DNA of 64,000 nucleotides from Selaginella moellendorffii (Eukaryota; Plantae; Lycopodiophyta): NCBI RefSeq assembly GCF_000143415.4, contig NW_003314394.1, positions 299,025 to 363,024 of the forward strand, read 5' to 3'. Shown piece by piece: positions 57,726 to 64,000 of this stretch (position 1 is its first letter; each line of letters starts with the position of its first letter). The notes under the pieces were generated by a model. It saw only the letters and a program-made list of their open reading frames with translations, ran no database searches and was not told where the DNA came from. The position numbers and the translations under genes were made by a program.

Positions 57726-59106
57726 TGGCATGGCGTGATGGCGTGAGGTGTGACACCAAAAAGGAGGTGTCCACTAGCGCTTAGGCTTATAATGGCGTGT
57801 GCCCTCATGCCATTTACTTGATCACCAAATACCTTTTTCCCTTTGCACTAGTATATCTTAATACCGGTCTGAGAAATAGAATGGCATATGCCCTCAGGCC
57901 TTTTACTAAATCACCTTTGAAAGAAATGCAAGCCTCTATGTCATAAAAAAAAGGTACTAGAGAAATTCCTTAATAATATGAATGTTATTTAGTTTCATGA
58001 AAATACACTAAGGGTCAAATGAGTTAAATGACTTCTCCAGACTAGCAATGCCTCTTGCTACACCTTCACAATTAGATTCGTTAGAAAAAGATAACATTGA
58101 ATAATATCTAAATGTTCTCACCATTAAGTTATATGTCTGGCTAATAGGAATGACGTTCATCTTGGAAAGCTCACCACACGCTCAATGAACAAACAAATAG
58201 TGTGTGCGCGCATGCCATCGCTCTTCTTTAGCTTCAGATTCGGCTTGTTCACCTTGACAATGAGATTTATTATACAACCAGATGGACTCAGTCTGGACAC
58301 AAAGTCACCGCACTAGTCACCATGCCCCAGATATGTCTAGCCCCTGGACAAAAAACATATAATTTCACGTCATTTTCAAATACTTGAAAATTTGTACCTA
58401 GTCCCATTTTACTGAATAAATCCCACTTTAACGAAATAGAGCTTCCTTACACTCTATGAAAATTTACTAAATATGAAATGGCACTAGATTGGCCCGTATC
58501 CATTTCCTTCTCTGTTTTAATGTGCTAATGTTTCTTTTACAACAGCCAATTTGTACTTTATCTTGGATTGTAACCATCTAAGAGTTCCAGCCAACTTTTC
58601 ACATGCAAATTTGTATGATGGATCTGTGTATGATGGATTTGAATGAGTTCCTGGTTGCTAAGGCTACCTCTTTTGTGGTCCTAGTAGCATTATAGTACAT
58701 TATAGTGTACTTGGATTCAGGCAAGTTCCCAACAGATTCCTTACAAGCGCAACAAAAGGCATTGAAGATTCGAGTGTAGGAGTTTTGCCTTCTTGACGGA
58801 CATCTTTGCACCATAGCTACTTTTGGCCTCAAATTCACCAGCATATCTTAGACTATGCAAATATGAGACACAAATCCGTAAGCCCCAAAGTGGAGCCAAA
58901 AGGGTGCCACATGGTGGTGGTCGAAGTGGAAGTCCAATAAGTGTAATATGTTTGAACCAAAGACTCCAACTTGGAAAGTTGAGAGTGGGAGTGGAACTCC
59001 AAACAAAGTGCTCGAGAAATGAACACAAAGCATTTAGTGAATGAATCTCTAAAAAGGGACACAAGAAGGATTGACACATGGCAAATGTTATGATGCATGG
59101 AAGTGT

Positions 59107-59480
59107 TAGGAATGAGTCCAAAAAAGAGTCCAAGAAGGAGTTCGAGATAGAGTTTGATATAAACTTGAGATGGACCCAAGATGGAGTCTGAGATGGAGTC
59201 CGATATAGACTCAAGATGGAGTCCAAGATGGACCCGAGATGGTGTCCAAGATGGAGCTAAAATGGAGTCCAAAATGGACTTGAAATGGAGTTTGAGATGG
59301 ACCTAAGATGAAGTCTAAGATCAAGTTCGAGACGGAGACCGAGATGGAGTCAAAGGTCAAGACCCAAGATGGAGTCTGAGGTCAAGACTCGAGATGGAGT
59401 CCGAGGTTGAGGTCGAGGCTGAAACTGAGACTGAGCCCAAGACAGAATTCGAGTTTGAGTTTGAGTCCAAGTTTGAGGGT
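59107..59480. repeat. Degenerate ~11-bp tandem array (GATGGAGTCYR)
   Basis: Roughly 20 or more units such as gatggagtcca, gatggagtctg, gatggacccaa. Confidence 0.8.
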
Positions 59481-60349
59481 GAAAGCCATAGCGATCATCT
59501 CCTAGACCCTAGGGGGTTTGGTGAGCTCCAAAAATATAGTAAGAGGAGGACTCCAATGGAGCTAGTTTAGCTAGGAAATGCTAGTGTGACCAAAGAAGGT
59601 TATACCCATGTGTTGGGTGATGATATAACCATTAAAAAGTCCAAGGCTAGAGTGAATACAGACACACAAATAGGGTAGTTTGGTAAAGTGTTTAAGAGTT
59701 AACTCTAACTCCTTTAGGAGATTGAATGGTCGATGCTCCCAATCCAAATGTGAATAGCACTACCTACTTCGATATCACATGGCTCATCAAAACCTCATTC
59801 TAGCCACATGGTTAGGGCATCTAAGGGCAAGAGGTGGGGAGAGTACCCACAAGGTTTGTGTAGGGTTATGGTGTTTCAAAATGTCTTCCCAAAATCCCAG
59901 ACTATAGAAAGGAAAAGGAATAATCCTTTAGTGTAGTGACGAAGGATGTGGTCACATGGTGAGGAAGTCCCAGAAGTTAGTGGGACTTAATGGTTGGGCC
60001 TTTAAACCTTAACCCAATAGCAATGTTAATGAGCATGGCCATGGATGGAGAGGGATTTGGTGGGAACAGAATAAGGGACATTAGAGAAGGGTGTTCCTCA
60101 CATCTCCAGACATCCTAAGGGCTAAGGTGTGGTCAAAGGATGACCACTCATGTATGAATGGCCCAGTCTTTTGAGAGACGTGACTATGATGTAAGTGGTT
60201 TTGGACTACTGATGTGATAAGGGTGAATGGGTATAGGCTTAGCATTACAGGCTGATATATCAATGGTGTCAATCATGGGATCAAACATGTAGAACACTTG
60301 GACCAAGTGCAAAGGCTGAGTGGCATAGATGTTATTCATGGGGCTAGCA

Positions 60350-63300
60350 TGTTAGGATCCTATCCCTTACACCCTAAGCCAACTGGCTAAAGGGGTGATC
60401 ACTTGATTGCAGGGCCCTTTCTTTATCCTATTATCCTGACCTGGTGCCTAACAATCCTCCCCCTCGTCAGGGTATGATCGTCCTCGATCATACTTAGGCC
60501 ACCATCCGGTCACCATGGTCCTTCTCTTAGGGTCTACCAAACCTTGGTTCTCCCTCTAGATCCACCATGTTGAATATTCCTTCAGAATATTCCTGCCCCA
60601 CTCGTCAGCCACGAGAATCGAACTCGTCTCTGATACCAATGTTAGGATCCTATCCCTTACACCCTAAACCAACTGGTTAAAGGGGTGATCACTTGATTGC
60701 AGGGCCCTTTCCTTATCCTATTATCCTGACCTGGTGCCTAACAATTCTTCCCCCCCAACAAAGTCCTTGTCCCAAGGACGAGTTGTACCGGTGATCACCC
60801 TTTCTGGGGAATCCTGCTCAAGCTCCTGGTCCATCTTCCACAGCCGTATACATCAAGGAGGCATTGGGCCCGTCACTCCGAGATAGTACACCTTTCAACT
60901 GGCTGACATAAAATACCGGATGAATTTTCACCCCAACTGGCAGCCGCACTCGATAAGCCGCTTTACCAATNNNNNNNNNNNNNNNNNNNNNNNNNNNNNN
61001 NNNNNNNNNNNNNNNNNNNNNNNNNNNNNNNNNNNNNNNNNNNNNNNNNNNNNNNNNNNNNNNNNNNNNNNNNNNNNNNNNNNNNNNNNNNNNNNNNNNN
61101 NNNNNNNNNNNNNNNNNNNNNNNNNNNNNNNNNNNNNNNNNNNNNNNNNNNNNNNNNNNNNNNNNNNNNNNNNNNNNNNNNNNNNNNNNNNNNNNNNNNN
61201 NNNNNNNNNNNNNNNNNNNNNNNNNNNNNNNNNNNNNNNNNNNNNNNNNNNNNNNNNNNNNNNNNNNNNNNNNNNNNNNNNNNNNNNNNNNNNNNNNNNN
61301 NNNNNNNNNNNNNNNNNNNNNNNNNNNNNNNNNNNNNNNNNNNNNNNNNNNNNNNNNNNNNNNNNNNNNNNNNNNNNNNNNNNNNNNNNNNNNNNNNNNN
61401 NNNNNNNNNNNNNNNNNNNNNNNNNNNNNNNNNNNNNNNNNNNNNNNNNNNNNNNNNNNNNNNNNNNNNNNNNNNNNNNNNNNNNNNNNNNNNNNNNNNN
61501 GCATAGCCTTTGCAAAGCTTTTCCAAAATCCACTAGTGAACTTTGAATCTCGATCACTAATGATGTCCTCCGGCAAACCAAAATCAGGAAAAACCTTCTC
61601 CAAGTAAACCGCAGCCAAGTCTGAGGCAGTGACAGTCTTCCGAAGAGCCAACAACCGCACATACTTCGTCAACCGATCCACTATGACCCATACTTGCTCC
61701 TTTTGCCTCTGTGTTCGTGGCAAACAAGTGATGAAGTCCATAGAGATACTACACCAACGGCTCTGAGGAATAGGTAAAGGTTGCAAAAGTCCCCCCGGCT
61801 TCTCCCGTGGCACCTTAACCTGCTGACAAAGCTCGCATGATTTACAATACTTGAGGATATCAGCCTTCATATTCCTCCAATAAAAGTTGCGCTTAATCAA
61901 CTCATACGTCTTCTTCCCCCCAAAATGACCGGCCTCTGGACGATCATGATAGTGGAATAAAACTTGAGTAATTAACGCATCCACCCGTGGCAAATAGACA
62001 CGGCCATTGTAGTAGAGAATCCCATCCACCAATGAGAAAGGAGCTTCCATCTGGTCTCGCAAAGAGGCCACCTCAGCATCCTGAGCCTGAGCATGCTCAA
62101 CCAACTGCCCAAACTCGCTGACCACCTTACTCAAATGATGACAAAATCGTGTTCGTAACGTCGTCACATGACGAACACGAGATAAAGCATCCGCCACCAC
62201 ATTTGATTTTCCCGGACGATGCTCAATAGGAAACTCCCCAAACTCCATGAGTTTGACCATCCAACGAGCTTGCCTAGTGTTCAACTCCTTCTGTGTGAAA
62301 AGATACACAAGTGGTTTGTGATCTGTCAACACCACGAACACTGCACCATAAAGATAGTGCTGCCACGTCCGCAAAGCATGAACAATAGAGAGTAACTCTT
62401 GCTCATATGTTCTTTGCGGAATTCAAAGTTCGACTCTCATATGCAATAGGCTGTCCCTCTTGCATGAGAACTCCTCCCAGTGCATAACCACTCGCATCAC
62501 ATGTCACCTTGTAAGGTTTCGATGGATCAGCAATGCGAAGCACTGGAGCCTCGATCAACAATCGTTTCAGCGCCACAAAACTCTCCTCTTGTGGCGTCTT
62601 CCACTCGAATGGCACATTCTTGCGTAACAACCGCGTCAACGGAATAGCCACCTCTGCAAACTTATGCTGGAAACGTCGGTAGTAACTAACCATACCAAGA
62701 AAACTGCGCAACTCGGCCACTGTAGTCGGTGTAGGCCAGTTTTCCACCACAGCCACCTATCTTGGATCTGTCTTGACACCCTTAGATGTCACAATATGGC
62801 CTAGATATTCCACCTCCGACTTTGCAAATTCACATTTGCTCTTCTTCGCATAAAGTTTGCTGTCTCGAAGTAACGAAAGAACCTTGCGCAAATGCACCCT
62901 ATGCTCCTCCATATTCTTGCTAAAAACAAGAATATCATCCAAGAAAATCTCCACAAACTCATGAAGATAACGCCCAAATACCTCCGTCATCAACCGAGTA
63001 AATGTGGCCGGTGCATTCGTCAAACCAAACGGCATAACGGTAAACTCAAAATGTCCAAAGCTTGTGTTGAATGCCGTCTTGGAGATAGATGCATCATCCA
63101 TTGCAATCTGATGATATCCACTCCTCAGATCAATCTTGGTAAACACTCGTGCTTCACCAAGCTTGTCTAGGATATCATCCACACGTGGCATCGGCATCTT
63201 GTCCTTCACTGTCTTCTTGTTTAAAGCACGGTAGTCAATACACATCCGCATTGAACCGTCCTTCTTCTTCACAAGCAAGACCGGAGCACCAAACGGAGAC

Positions 63301-63866
63301 TTACTTGGCTGAATAAATCCAAACTCAAGTAACTCCTTGACTTGTCGTTGAACTTCTTGCTCCTCCGCATAACTTAACCGAAATGGACGCCGGTAAATTG
63401 GCCGTGTCCCCGGCTCCAATGTAATCCCATGCTCCACACCTCGTAATGGAGGCAATCCATGAGGAAGTTCAGATGGAAAAACATCAGAAAACTCGTCGAG
63501 TACATCCCGTACTGCTGCTTCTCCCCCACACGTGCCTTGGTCGCCCAAGTCACGAAGAAACGGACAATCATGCCATGCATCTCGTCTTGCATCTCTTGCT
63601 GATTTTTATTAAGGGCTCGCAGCTCATGAGCCACATCTTGAATGGTCCAAATCTCCGCAGCTTTGTCGGCACCATCGTCGGCACCACCGTCGGCACCACC
63701 ATCGATGATAGGATTCCAGCGTTCAGCTTGGTCGGCCATCGCAACCAATTCTCTGATACCAATGTTAGGATCCTATCCCTTACACCCTAAACCAACTGGT
63801 TAAAGGCGTGATCGCTTGATTGGAGGGGCCGTTCCGTATCCTATTATCCGGACCTGGTGCCTAACA
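60350..63866 (-). mobile_element. Tandem TRIM/gypsy chimera with three LTR-B copies
   Basis: LTR-B at 60350-60453, 60640-60743 and 63763-63866; TRIM internal region between the first two; gypsy RT, RNase H and integrase (gag-protease deleted) between the last two. Confidence 0.85.
60971..61500. other. Assembly gap (N run)
   Basis: 530 N. Confidence 1.
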
Positions 63867-64000
63867 ATTTGCAAATGACACCGGGTTTGGATATGAGGAT
63901 AAGTACTGGGTCCTGCAATCAAGTGATTTCCCCGTTAACTAGTTGGTTTTGGGAGCAAGGGATAGGATCCTAACATAGGCATTACAAAATTGGTTAAGAT

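Larger units (their letters stand above)
43221..58444. mobile_element. 15.2-kb TIR DNA transposon (4-bp TSD; Sola-like DDD transposase) with cargo genes
   Basis: Left end aagctttatttcattaaagtggga; right end tcccactttaacgaaatagagctt; TSD CCTT at 43217-43220 and 58445-58448; internal transposase. Confidence 0.85.

Noticed and set aside
43315-58218. Palindrome series as a CRISPR-like array
   Set aside because: Spacing is irregular (tens of bp to kb) and the copies are embedded in introns and ORFs
59107-59480. Short-repeat array as a possible CRISPR
   Set aside because: Contiguous degenerate 11-mers with no unique spacers and no cas genes, in a eukaryotic retroelement context
60920-61662. ORFs spanning the N run
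   Set aside because: Artefacts of the assembly gap

Overview
Compact, intron-rich plant nuclear DNA. The 45-90 nt introns, PLS-PPR genes and axonemal dynein relic fit a lycophyte such as Selaginella (inferred, not proven). 1-19.7 kb is gene-dense: a frameshifted UGT80-like sterol glucosyltransferase, ALDH22A1, a TAF1C-like gene, a cyclase/kynurenine formamidase, a TRM/LONGIFOLIA-like gene, tRNA-guanine transglycosylase and two fasciclin-like AGPs. 19.7-34.7 kb is a local segmental duplication around two PPR genes. In the decayed copy an intact secreted aegerolysin gene replaces the middle of a PPR, and between the copies lie a dynein heavy-chain relic and a lectin-RLK fragment. 35-64 kb is a transposon nest. 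An old Ty3/gypsy hosts a young gypsy (TSD GATAA), a MITE and a 15.2-kb TIR DNA transposon (4-bp TSD, Sola-like DDD transposase); TRIM/gypsy chimeras lie inside that transposon and at the right end. The most striking candidate system is the 15-kb element. It encodes a ParB-like plus degenerate amino-methyltransferase-like protein and an FCP1-like HAD phosphatase. It also carries about 20 copies of a 22-bp palindrome (ATGGCRTG-N6-CAYGCCAT), several inside short introns, that I found nowhere else in the window except its own MITE.
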